From Podarcis melisellensis (lineage: Eukaryota), in assembly GCA_964234715.1 (NCBI GenBank), contig OZ174280.1: 64,000 nt of DNA, one strand, 5' to 3'. Below, piece after piece: positions 49,215 through 60,890 of this stretch; within the stretch, counting starts at the first letter, position 1, and each line of letters begins with the position of its first letter. The position numbers were made by a program, and so were the translations under genes. The notes under the pieces were generated by a model, which was not told the origin of the DNA, searched no databases, and saw nothing but the letters and a program-made list of their open reading frames with translations.

Positions 49215-50330
49215 ACTGGATGATCTCTCAGTTGGAAATATTTCTAAGTCTGAAAGGTAGTATCTACGTTTAAAATGCTTTTCTATCAGTTATTCAAGTT
49301 CTTTTGTTGTGATGGGTGACCTGCCATTTCTGAAATGGGTGCAAAATTATGTAGTCTTTCCAACGCATTGCGTGTGGCAGTGACATCTGCCTTCTACAAC
49401 ATACAACGTTCTCTTGAATTTCTTGCCAGTCATTCTGCTTTTGAAAGCAACAATTTCTTCAAGATGAGCACAGGTATTTCAATGACTTTATTCACAGTGA
49501 TATGACCCTGGGTTGATGGCAGACATTTGGAGACTTGTGGAATGAAATAAGGCTTTCTGTTAGCTTTTTCAAGGTATTGTGAAGTGGCTGGCAAGGGGTT
49601 TACTTAGGAGATAGTAGATTAAAAGTATGCCACCCAAGTCTTAGGGTGCTCCTTCTTAGTATCTTCTTTATCTTTACAGTAGATGGATTGTTTGGATAGA
49701 CAGATGCTTTGTGGCTTTTATGGATAATGGCATATTCAGAATACTTCTTTTTAATATTTGTGAGCACTTGATTTGTTTTCGGATGGCAGGAATCCCAGTT
49801 TCAGCAGATATGAATATCAGTGTATAGCTTGTTTTGTTTGGTGTGCATTTTTCAGTACAGTGGTACCTTGGTTTACAACCATAATCCGTTCCGGAGGTCT
49901 GGTTGTAAACCAAAACAGGTTGTAACCCAAGGTGCGCTTTCGCCAATGGGGCAAAACCAAAATTGGTTGTAATCCAAAAAAAGGAACACTTCTGGGTTTG
50001 ACGTGGTTGTAATCCAAAACGGTTGTAATCCAAAGCGGTTGCAAACCAAGGTACCACTGTAGTGCTATTGCATAAAAAATTGATTCCTGGATAAACAGAA
50101 CTGATACAGTTCCTGAATTGTCACACACTTTCCATGCCACTGGTCCATACTGCAAATATATACTTTGTGTATCATCTTCGTTGGCAAGTTCCTTAAAGAT
50201 GGCTTGTTCCAGTTTGCCCATGGATAATATGGTGTTAAAAGGGAGCCACGTGGTTAGCATAGGTGGACCTTGTATGTCTAAGTGCTGTTTATCATTGAAA
50301 GTGAAGTTGTTGCTAAAGTGATGCACTCTT
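49215..50330 (-). mobile_element. Decayed Penelope-like retroelement: RT core plus GIY-YIG endonuclease, interrupted by a MITE
   Basis: NNFTFNDKQHLDIQG..M.....ILSMGKLEQ resembles the PLE RT motif NxFxFnxxxYxQxxGtaMG...anlfMgklE. At 49500-49220, TCAH...FKSRMTGKKF..LYVVE.RC.CHTQCVGKTT..THFRNGRS.I...EKHF...SDLEI resembles the Cys-rich linker and GIY-YIG domain. Confidence 0.72.
49858..50059. mobile_element. Tc1/mariner (Tigger-like) MITE nested in the Penelope remnant
   Basis: ta|cagtggtaccttggtttacaacc...ggttgcaaaccaaggtaccactg|ta. Confidence 0.9.
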
Positions 50331-51864
50331 TAGGGGGTTAATTAGAAGGTCTTCTGTTTAGAAAATCTTAAATGATTTTAGTTCATCTCCATTTCATCAA
50401 CCACTTTATAAAGATGTTATTGTTAGCTTCACTCTGCTTGGAAGCTATTCAGCATAGTTGTTTTTATGATAATCTACACGGCTAATAAAGTATACAAATA
50501 TTATTTGTACACTTATGCCTATTTTCTTAAAATTTTAGCCAGATAATCTCAGGGTGAGCTCAGATACGTGTTTTTCATCTCTTGATTATTTGTATAATGT
50601 TAAACAGCCGTTTCAGGTCAAAGAACATGTGTTGAAGTTTCATATTTGCTGATGTTATCCTCCCCCGAAATTCTACGAAAATACCTTCTGGAAGACTCCT
50701 CAAGCTCAATATCATATGAGGTGGCCAAATTTTACACTTTAGTAATCAGGAAGCGTAAATCTCTTCTGTTGAATGGCACACTGCGAAGTTCCCTTGTGTA
50801 ATCTTTTTTTTTTCTGTTGTTGTTGTTGATTTCTTTTTGTTTGATCTTGTGGTGTTTAATGTCACTGGCTTTTGCCGCAATAAAACTTGATGATGATGAT
50901 GATGTTACCTCAAACACAATACAGTACTCTTTCAATGAGACCATTCACATATTCACCTAACACACACTGAGTGATGATGAGTGATATATATTAGTCCTCA
51001 GATTTTTTAGCATGGTGAGGAAAAAAAGCTATGATGGCTGTAGGTTGTCCTGTTCAAGAATATGTTGGGTAAAATAAAACTTGTGCATAAAAATGGTAGC
51101 AGTGTAGCACACTGCTGCAAGAACTGGTTATCTGGATGAAAATATTGTGGAAAAGTCGTTTTCACTTGAAGATTATCTGAATTCTCAGGGTATATTGATT
51201 AGTACATTTTGTTATTGTATATTTTGTTCTTAAGGATTATCCACTGTACTGTAATCTAAAAAGCCCTTTACTTTTATTACTAGGGCTTTGAAGCAAACTC
51301 ATATATATGAGGTTTTGGTGGGGTTTTTTTTACAAAGGGGAAAAATTAATTCTGTTTTCCTCCTGATTTCTCCTTAGAAACTCCTTAGAAACTTGCGACT
51401 GAAAATCAAGCTGTTTTCTGATGTCAGGGGTACAAATTTTTGCAGGCAAATGGAGGCAAACATGGCACTGAAATGAAACAGGGTGCATTTATGCCCTTTT
51501 AAATTCCATCCTAAGATTACAACCCACTTTTACTTACCTGTCAATTACAGCCCAGTTAATGTAATGTTTATGAATGTGTATGCTTAGGGTTCAGGTAAAA
51601 GGCTGCATGGGAAGCTGCAATTAGCTGCAGTGTATAATGCAGTCAGAACACCTAATTCTAAATGTCTTTACCTGAAAGAAATCCTCAGTGGAACATAGTA
51701 TTATGTGTGTGTCCTCAAGGCTTCAACTTAGGAATTAATTCAGTCCTTTGTATACCTTTTTACCTTTATTACACAGTCTTCTACCCAACTATCGCTCAGA
51801 ATGCATATGTGGGAAGCACTCAATGATAGCATCCTCAAGTCACCATCTCCCTGCATGTGAAAAA

Positions 51865-52587
51865 GTTGTTGCTGGCGTCCGTGTGTCTTGAGAGACAATG
51901 GAATGTGCCTCTGGGGGTGAAGTCAAACCACTGTATTAGCAGCACTGAAATTGCCCCCCCCCCCAGGGTGTAAACCTGGGAAGTGTGTATGGAGATCCTG
52001 GGCTGCCCAGATGACAAGACCTCCCTCTTGGCCTTGCAGATATGGTCCAAAGGAAAGCAGAGCAATACTTTGGTACCAGCTGGGTTGCATGAGTTGCTGA
52101 AAGGAGGCGTACAAGGTGCCATCCAACCGTCTTAGGGACTCCACTCTGGATTTGTGTAGGGTTTACTCCTTAGCCTTTTCTTTTCCTGTAGATATCCCGC
52201 AAAGCAGCAGAGGTTTAGGATCAGAATTCTTTTCCTCCTAGATGGATGATCTTTCTAGGTTGATGAGCCCCATCTGCCCCTCACTTCCCTCTACAGCACC
52301 TGCAGAAACCATCTTTTTGACCATTGCACCCACTATTGGTCTCATCCTTCCATTCACCAGAGCCTGTCTTCACATTCAGGGAGAAGTCCCTAACAAACCA
52401 AGGGGTTGAGACCCAACCAGCTATCCTCACCTGGTCAGTTGAAGCTGTTTCCCAGGATGTGACCACTGTCACATGCTGACAGCTTCTAGGAGCCACAGGT
52501 GAGAGCTGAGTGCAGGGTGGGGACTGAAGGTGGGCAAACTACACCAGAAGGAGCATGGCGTGTCCCCCACCAGAGGTACTGCCCCTC
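51865..52587 (-). mobile_element. Non-autonomous RTE-derived element (RTE 5' region joined to RTE 3' end, no ORF)
   Basis: Minus-strand 3' end ggtttgacttcacccccagaggcac..cattgtctctcaagacacacggacgccagcaacaac has an RTE-type tail with (CAA)n. Internal ctcatcaacctag..catctaggaggaaaagaattctgatcctaaacc resembles an RTE 5' UTR. Confidence 0.62.
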
Positions 52588-53210
52588 ACTTAACATCTGA
52601 GCAAAAAAAGCTCTGAGTTATGAAATCTTCTGTATATTTAGGAAAAGAACTATTAGTACCTATGCAACTGTTCTAAATCTGGCAATAGTCATGATGTGTA
52701 GGAGGGAGTGATATCATCCCACCATAGGCTGATTGTCACCATATTTAGCACATCTGCATAAGGCTGCTGCTTCCCCCCTGTCACTTCCTTTTTTTGCAGT
52801 TAGACTGTCAGCACTGTTGCCCATTGTCTATCTAATATTTGAAAAGTGTGCTTTGATTTTCATTCCAGCTTTTTCCATTAGTACCCTAACATTTATACAT
52901 CCTGTAACGTTTTAGCGTTATAAATGTAGTTCTGAAGTGGAATCGGTTCAGATGGGGTACAAGGCCAGCCCAAGGCATTCGGGTGCTTCAGCCACATTTC
53001 CATGTTCATAAGCTGATCAGACTGGCAGCTGAATCTTACCTCTACAGTAGCAGTGGAACAGTGTTGAAGCTAGGGTTGAACACTAGCCATGAGACAACAC
53101 TTGAGGACAGGAGGCTATTTTATTGGTCAAAAGGCAGGTTGTGCGGCATACACAGCTGTCTTCCAATCTCTCACTGCCACTCTCTGCCCCCTGCATCTGC
53201 TACCTGAGAT

Positions 53211-53497
53211 CAGTGGCTAAGCCGCATGCTCCGCTACCGGGGTCGGAGAGCAGGTGGGGATGTGGCTGGCACCTCCACAGGGGTGTGACGCACATCCTGG
53301 GGGCGTGTAGACCACCCATAAGGGCGCTGCCCGCAGGGGCATGGTGCGTGTTCTGGGGGCATGATATGCCGACTGTGGGGGCATGGTGACCAGGTGTGTG
53401 TGTGGCGGCTGTCGGGGGGGCGCCGCAATGGCACCCTACCAGAATAGTGGTGCCAGGGGCGGTCCACTCCCTCTGCACCCCCATTCCTCCGCCAGTG
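53211..53497. mobile_element. GC-rich hAT MITE with perfect 8-bp TSD
   Basis: TSD cctgagat at 53203-53210 and 53498-53505; ends cagtggc / gccagtg. Confidence 0.85.
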
Positions 53498-54094
53498 CCT
53501 GAGATGGCTGCTTCACTCTGTCTAATGATAGGGACAGCCCTGGGTATTGTTGAACAGTTCGTTCGTTCCAAGTTCCACCACTACTGTGTCCCTGTACATG
53601 TCTGTAGTACAGCCTAAAGCTGCAGTGTTGGGCTGCTATAGATTAGTTCATATATTGTGTGCTATATTTGGTGTTCAGTTCTGCGTTGAAGGACCTCCCA
53701 AATGCTTTCTAGCTTCTGTTTTGCATTTAAAGCTTGAAATGAAATTGTTTCTTATTTGCACAAACAAAATTAATGAGGCACTTTTCTCTGATGCCATCAG
53801 ATTTGTGTGTTTTCAGGAGACTGTGTGTTTCTTTGAAGACAAGACAATTTGACATGAGGTAAGCCACGCTACTTTTCTGGCTAGAATACTGCAAACATCC
53901 GAATTAATTGGATATATCTCACAATTTGGATCCTATAGGTTGATGTAAGAAAATGAGCAAAAAAATCACTTTTCATGCAGTATAGACATGGACTTTTACA
54001 GGCATAGAGCATTTTCCAGAAGCAATTCAGTTAACTTGATTCATATTGGGATGGATATTTTGATTTTGAAATTGGTCCTTTGCAGATAACGAAC

Positions 54095-54212
54095 CAGGGG
54101 TAGCCAACATGCCTATTTTTGGACTCCAGCTTGTATCAGCTGCAGCCAATGTAGAGGATAAAAGGAGTTGTAGTCCAGCAACATCTGAAGGGCATCATGT
54201 TGACTATCTCTT
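54095..54212. mobile_element. Palindromic hAT MITE
   Basis: Starts caggggtagccaacatg; TSD taacgaac/taatgaac (7/8 match). Confidence 0.75.
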
Positions 54213-54459
54213 TAATGAACAATACCGTCCATAGAAAGACTAAGAATTGTTAGAAAACACAGAAGAGAGATGGATTCACATATTTGTTTGCCTGTGTTGC
54301 AAATTATTACATGGTGATAAATACAGGCAGCTATGGCACCAAATGGGAGTGGATTTATAGTCTATCCAGATCTTTCACTGCTGTTAAGCAAATCTCTGAT
54401 TCTGCTGCAATAGCTGAAGTGACTTCCTTTCATAAGCAAGTTACGAAAACTACACAAAA

Positions 54460-55860
54460 CAATGAAAGTAAGTTTCAAATAATGCACACTGGGGCAAAAT
54501 AATAATTAAAAAATCCTAATGTTACAAATTCACTGATGGGACCTGAACTGATGGTGACTTACCTGGAAAGAGATCTTGGGTCAGTGGTGGAAAACTCAAT
54601 GAAAGTGTTGACCCAGCATACAACAGCTATGAAAAACTCAAATTCCATGCTGGGAATCATTAAGAAAGGCACAGAAAGGAAAAACTCACAATATTGTACT
54701 TCTCAATCCCTTTATCTGTGGTGCAGTCGCACGTGGGATATTGCACACCATTCTGGCCTTCTTATCTCAAAAATGTTATTGTTGAGATCAAGAAGATGCA
54801 GAAAAGAACAGCCAACGTGATCATTGGGCTGTAGCAACTCCCTTATGAGGAAACATCCCAACTTTGGGGACTTTATAGTTCGATGTCATGCCCCTGCTGG
54901 AGGAATCCTCTTTGCAGAGTGACCTGAAGCTCCTAAAGACAAACATCATAGAGAAGCTGCCCATATCAAGGGACTTCAGAGATCTGGCAGGATCTGTCGC
55001 TTTTAGGGAACATGGCAGCCGAATCTTCTCCTCATGGTACAGCCCCATCACAGTATTGGAGGTAGAAGCTGAGTGGACATGTGAGTCCTAGGGAGTGCAG
55101 GTTCCTGAAGGTGAAAGCTCAGTCAACCACTGGATGTTGGAGTGCCCACTTAAGAACAAGGACTCCTCAGAAGAAAATGAGATACTCATGAGTAAGGCAG
55201 TCCTCGTGAGCTGACCAAATCCTCAGGTGACTCCGATGTCCTGCAGCTGTGCTCTGGGTGGGACTCTGAAGGCTCAGGCTTAAGAGCCTTATGTTTCAAG
55301 CACAGAATGTGAGAATTACATGTGTGCAGCGCTGACAAGTCATTGGACTCCCTGTGTTTGGGCCCCCATTTCTTGTGCTGTCTCTGCGCTTTTGACTACC
55401 TTTGAATTTGGTTCTGGTACTGTTGACACTCAGCTGCTATTCCTGTGCAGCAGGGCATTTAAGAAAAAGTGAGTAACAGGGTCATGATAGATGTGCACAG
55501 AATTATTCATGGCAAACTGAACTTTGACAGGAGGAGGTATTTGTCTAGACTAGAAATTGTTCAATGAAGCTGAATGCTAGAAGATTCAGGGCTCACTTCT
55601 CCACACAGTACATACTTAAACTGTGGACTTTAAAGGGGATTGGATGATTTCATGAAGGATAAAACTATCAATGATTTTGTCACGATGGCTATGTATTGCC
55701 ACCAGAATAAGAGGCCACATGCCTTTGAATACCAGAAGAACAGCAGCAGAGGACTATTGCTGTTCCCTGCCTATGGCATCTAGTTGGAAACTTCAGGAAA
55801 TGGGAAGTTGGGATTAGATAGGCTTTTGGTCTAATTCAACAGGTCTCTTTTATGTTTCTT
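54460..55860 (+). mobile_element. CR1 LINE 3' fragment, split by a ~580-bp insertion
   Basis: IMHTGAK...LMGPELMVTYLERDLGSVVENSMKVLTQHTTAMKNSNSMLGIIKKG is the CR1 RT C-terminus. It resumes at ~55463 and ends with the CR1 tail ggattagataggcttttggtctaattcaacagg...cttttatgtt. Confidence 0.8.
54884..55462. mobile_element. Insertion in CR1, candidate solo LTR
   Basis: Begins tgtcatgcccctgctg and ends cagcagggcat(ttaa), giving short inverted termini. The flanks rejoin as CR1 ..tagttcga|gaaaaagtgagtaac. Confidence 0.45.
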
Positions 55861-57869
55861 GTAACAAACCCTATAAACAAGGAGGCAACGTCCTATTTTT
55901 ATACCACCATCCTTGAAAATGCATTCACACAGAAACAAGGCTGAGGAAAAGTTGGGTAAGTCAGTTGCTTTCGGTGTTTTCGCATGGCCCTTTACTATCT
56001 AAATGTTCACTGCGGAACACACACAAGCACGGAGGAAGATGGTGTATTACTGCATATACAGTTAATGTATCCCATGACAGCAGAAAAGAAAATTATCTCC
56101 CCCTCATGTCAATTGAAAAGTAGAGCAAGAAGGTGAAGATACATTTCTTGGTGTCTTAATAAGTGATTACATAGTAGTCCCTTTTCTCCAGACATGAAAT
56201 ACATGCCTGTTTGAGGTTTGACCTGTAGCAGGTTTGGGTCCCCCTCTGGGGGAAAAATCTGTGCATAAATTGTCTTCAGCCTTAATGAGCAGTAGAACCA
56301 TGCTCTTTTTTTTGTATTGTAGTCTCATTTAGTAATGAGAAAAGTTGTGTGGAAACAGATCTTTTATTATATCAGCTGAATTGGTAATATACTTTGTAAG
56401 GTTAAAGTTTAAGTATTCAAAGGAGATGTCTCAAAAAGAACATCACAACATTTCCAAGTTTGTTTCCAAGCTGATTTAAAACAAATAAAAGTGATTAAAT
56501 GAACTGTTAGGACTATATGGAGAAGGGAGAGGGAAAGGATCTGGTATAATAATGTACAGGAATTTGAAAAGAACTGTTATCATTTAATTTGAAAAGAACT
56601 GTTATCATTTTTAAAAAAGAAGAAACTACTAAAATCAGCTACTGAGAAAAATTCTGGAAGAAATAAAAAGTGAAATTGCAATATGGCATGTTTGTCTTTG
56701 ATATGTGTGCATCTATAAGCAGTGTCCCACAAGAATGGGTTGGGTGGTGAAATGAATGGATTTAAAACAGGCCACAACATTGTTGAATAAACTACCAGAA
56801 GAGCCCTTATTGCCTATGTCCCTGAGGCTTGCCATGACTGCCCTGCCATTTGACCCCAGAGGCCATCTTACATCTGAGCTGTTCCAGATTAAGCTGTCTT
56901 GCTTTTTGGTCAAGGAAGGGGGACCAGCTCGCCCACCTGTCACAGTACTTGTGCACCTGCCAGAGACGGGGCTTCTTTTGCTTGGCTTCCACCCCCCATC
57001 TCCAAACCAGAGCTCAAAACACAGCAAGAACCCCAACATAGATCCCACAACAACTCAATATAAACAATGAAAGAGGACATGATATCAAATTATATTTGAG
57101 GAAAATGTCTCATCCCTAGTCAGAAAGATGGATTTGAAAGAAAGAAGGAAAGGTGAATTTCATCACACCAGTAAAGTGGTTGTACCTACGTAACTTCTTC
57201 TTGTTGTTTGGACACCCACCACCACTAAGAAACTGCATTGGCAATTTCAGTATTTGATTTAAGTGAAGCTCTCTTCTTGGCCATAGGATATCTTGCCCAT
57301 AACCCTGGCGTACTTCCCATTGCCATGATCTTTGCCATGATCTCAAGACAAAGTCAAAGCTTCAGTATCTCAGTCATGCCCAATCACTTTTGAGAGGCAG
57401 TAAACCAGTTGAGACTGAACCCAAGTCATTATTTCCCAAATTAATTACCAGTTACATAAGCAGGGGCTCAGGACTTCAACATGCCCATCAACTCAGGAGA
57501 CAAAGAAGCCATAGCATCTCTCAGGTTTTAAATCATTTGATATGAATCATTCTGCTAAGGTTCCAAGATGTCAATGTGCAGCAGTATGCCTCGCTATCCA
57601 GTACAAGAAGCAGCTATACTCAATGACCCACATCTTTTTGGGTGAAGAAAGCTGCGAAAAAAGAGAGAAAGAAAAACCCAGGCTTAGCAGCCAAAGCTAC
57701 CTGCATTCCTAGCTTCCCAAGCCTCAGTCCAATATAGGACGAATATGTCCTTGAATGCCATCGCTACTAAATCCTATTGATGAGGCCATCATGACTGCCC
57801 TTACGCAAAAAGAACAGAAAACATTACCACCACCAGCAGCCTAGGAACATCCAAATAGCAATCACTATA

Positions 57870-58121
57870 CAGTGGTACCTCGCAAGACGAATGCCTCGTA
57901 ACACGAAAAACTTGCAAGACGAAAGAGTTTTTCATTTTCTGAGTTGCTTCACAAGACGAATTTCCCTATGGGCTTGCTTTGCAAGACGAAAACGTCTTGC
58001 AAGTTTGTTTCTTTTTTCTTAAAAATGCATTCCTATGGGAATCCATGCTTCGCAAGACGAAAAATTCGCAAGATGAAAAAACTCGCAGAACGAATTAATT
58101 TTGTCTTGCGAGGTACCACTG
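57870..58121. mobile_element. Tc1/mariner (Tigger-like) MITE
   Basis: ta|cagtggtacctcgcaagacgaa...ttgtcttgcgaggtaccactg|ta with repeated internal gcaagacgaa motifs. Confidence 0.9.
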
Positions 58122-60778
58122 TAATTGCATAGAAAAGTCATAGAAAAAGTTAACTCTTCCGCACTTCTTTTACCACTGAACATCTGAACTTGCTAGTTTT
58201 CCTTAAGATGGTAAATAGCAGCTGGGAGTGGTGATTTTTTTTTTTTAAAGAATGTGACAATAAGGGGAAGGATTATAAATTTGTCTCCCAGTGCCATGGT
58301 GCCAATCCAGGCTGAACTTTTCAGAAGGCTATTTGCTAAAACTGAAAGAGACAATCTATTGTTGCATTTAATTTGACCCCGTACTGATGCGGGGGGGTGT
58401 CTTTCCAGTTGAAATATAGTTAATCGTTAGGCAGTTGATTAGTTTGGTCTGAATGCATTATGGATGTGCTTTATTGCTGTTGCGTCAGCATGGAAATCTC
58501 ACATCTGAAAATGCATGGCATGTTACAAAAGAAACTGGAAGCAGCAGCATCCGTTCTCAACTGGATAACAATTTGCAAAGCACTTGTCAAGAATATGACA
58601 GACTGTACTGATAAAGAGCTATACGTGATGGCCATGTTTCTAAGGGTCCCTATAAATAGCAAAGAGCTGTGGGATATGAAAAGTATAAGTGGCGAAGCTA
58701 TCCATTTCTGAACAAAATGTTTTAAGAGGCAATCTAACAAAGCAACTATGTAAAATGACACATAAACCAAGCACAGGGTGCACTGTAACAAAGACAGGTG
58801 AAGTAATTTTGCCAATTGAGGCAGAAAATTCCACAAGCCTCTCCCTGCTTCAATCCTTGGCAATAAAAATACAGCATTAAATTAAATACTATAACAGCTG
58901 ACTGCTCTTTCTTGATACTCAAAATCAGCTGCATTACTCTGCCTTATTTATTTTTAAAGCATTTCTAAACTGCCTATATTTTTTTTAAAAAATCTCTTTT
59001 AAGTGGTATGCACTATGTACCATATAAAACAAAACAAAAATGCAATTTGAAACAATATTAGACATCTATAAAAAACAAGTAAAACAGAGATTTGGGGGAT
59101 TCAGGGACATAGATTGGGGTCCAATCTTACAGCTCAGGGATAACTTGGACAAAAAGATCAGCTTTTAGAAGATGATTGCTGCTTCACATGGCAGAGGGAG
59201 GGACAATGGACAAATGCCTGGTTTGGAGTCATTGGCCTATGATATTCTGTAGGATGTGATGCCATGATCGAAATGATCTTACTGGCCTATAGAGAGGCTG
59301 GCGTTCTTTTAGTTCTGATAGTAGGGCCAGTCTTCTAAGATAATCCAAATCAGTAAAGTGTTTCTATAACGCTTACTGTTAGATAATCCTTTAATCCTTG
59401 GGATGTCAGCATGGCAAAAAGGCACAATTTGGGACACACATACCTCGGTGAAGCCTCTGAGCACCCCCCCCCCCATTTGTTGTATTGTTAGGTGAGATGT
59501 AGTGAGGGTGGTTAGCTACCCCCCCCCAATACTACAGAATTGAATGAAGAAGCTGGAAGAACAATGCTTTCTCTCACAACTTTATGTGCTTTTCAAGGCT
59601 CAGATGGGCAACCTGAGCTGTTGAACAGAAAGCAGTTGAAGGAAAGGGGAGCGATCTTGTGGGATGGGGAAGGGAAAAATAGGAAGAGAGAAAGTAAGGA
59701 GCTTCAGAGTCAGACGAGAGTGAGTGAAAGGAGACAGCCCGCCATCGGCCATCAAGGTACAGGTCACATCTGCCTCCAGTGACAGAAATAATGGCTCTTG
59801 TGCTTTTTCAGCACTGCCATTGTGCAAAAACATGGATCTAAGGTACAGATCCTTAGGGACCTTGGTTGTTGTTGTTGTTGTTGTTGTTAAAGAGATCCCT
59901 GCAAAACCACCATCAAATCATAGGCCACCTGGATATGCTCTGTGATTTGTTGGTGGTTTCACTGACATCCTATGTAAAAAAAACCCATGAGGATCTGTAA
60001 GGATCCATGCCTAGAAAAATGTGATTTTTTTACTGCACACTCTACCAATGTGAATATTAATTTGATAGCTCTTTTTTTTAAAGACTCTGTAAAATTGTGC
60101 AAATTAAAGAGAATCAGTTTAAATCCTACTGGATCCATCTTTGAGGCAGTGTCTATATGTGCACACTCAGATGGTTTCTGCCTGAGGGAGAAGTGATGGG
60201 GGGGTTTCCACAACACCCCCTCAAAATTCCAAATGTGCTGATTGACCCAAATAGGTTGGTGAACCCTGCAGTTTATCCTATAGCTATACGAACATAATTA
60301 TTTGTGGTTTTTTTAATCATGTGAACTGCCTTGGGGACCACTCCTATTCAGTTTGCATAACCGGAATATTTAAATTGTACTCTGCACAGTCTATGCTGGA
60401 TTTGTTATTGAAAGCATCACTCAAACTCTCTCTACATTTTCTCTCTCTTGTGGCTGTGAATGGCTCAATGGAAATGTCTTATGGCAGTTCTATATTTAAG
60501 GAAGTCTTTTAGATCATAGATGTATGCTCACTTCTTTATAGACAACAGCATTTTTTCGTAAAATAAAAAGAAGGCAACAACCAATTCACAATAAACAGCA
60601 ATCTAAATTCAACAGAGTAAAAACAATGCTTTATGGCTCAGTGAATACTTAAGTTATATTCTTCCTGTTTATGTCTATAGGAAAACAAATGTGCAACTAT
60701 GTAAATGCCTGATTTTTAAAGTACGGCAAAAAAAAAAGGCTTTTTAGATGCAGTGTAAGGATTTTATCCCCTTTATAG

Positions 60779-60890
60779 CAGGGATGGGGAACCCATGTCT
60801 TTATGGTGTTGGACCTTCCATAGCCTGAGATAGCACAGTCAATGGTCAGGGATGATAAGAGTTGTAGTCAGGAGGGTTTTCCCACCCCTG
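60779..60890. mobile_element. Palindromic hAT MITE
   Basis: cagggatggggaaccc...ttttcccacccctg; TSD ctttatag/ctttatct. Confidence 0.75.

Noticed and set aside
49817-50326. 169-aa minus-strand ORF as a host gene
   Set aside because: It is a chance fusion of a Penelope RT remnant and a MITE.
55933-55955. Micro-exon ending at gg|gtaagt
   Set aside because: The donor is good but the upstream acceptor lacks a pyrimidine tract, so support is insufficient.
56700-57830. Overlapping 60-110 aa ORFs as a coding remnant or viral insert
   Set aside because: I could not recognise any protein or repeat motif. It is left unassigned pending BLASTX.
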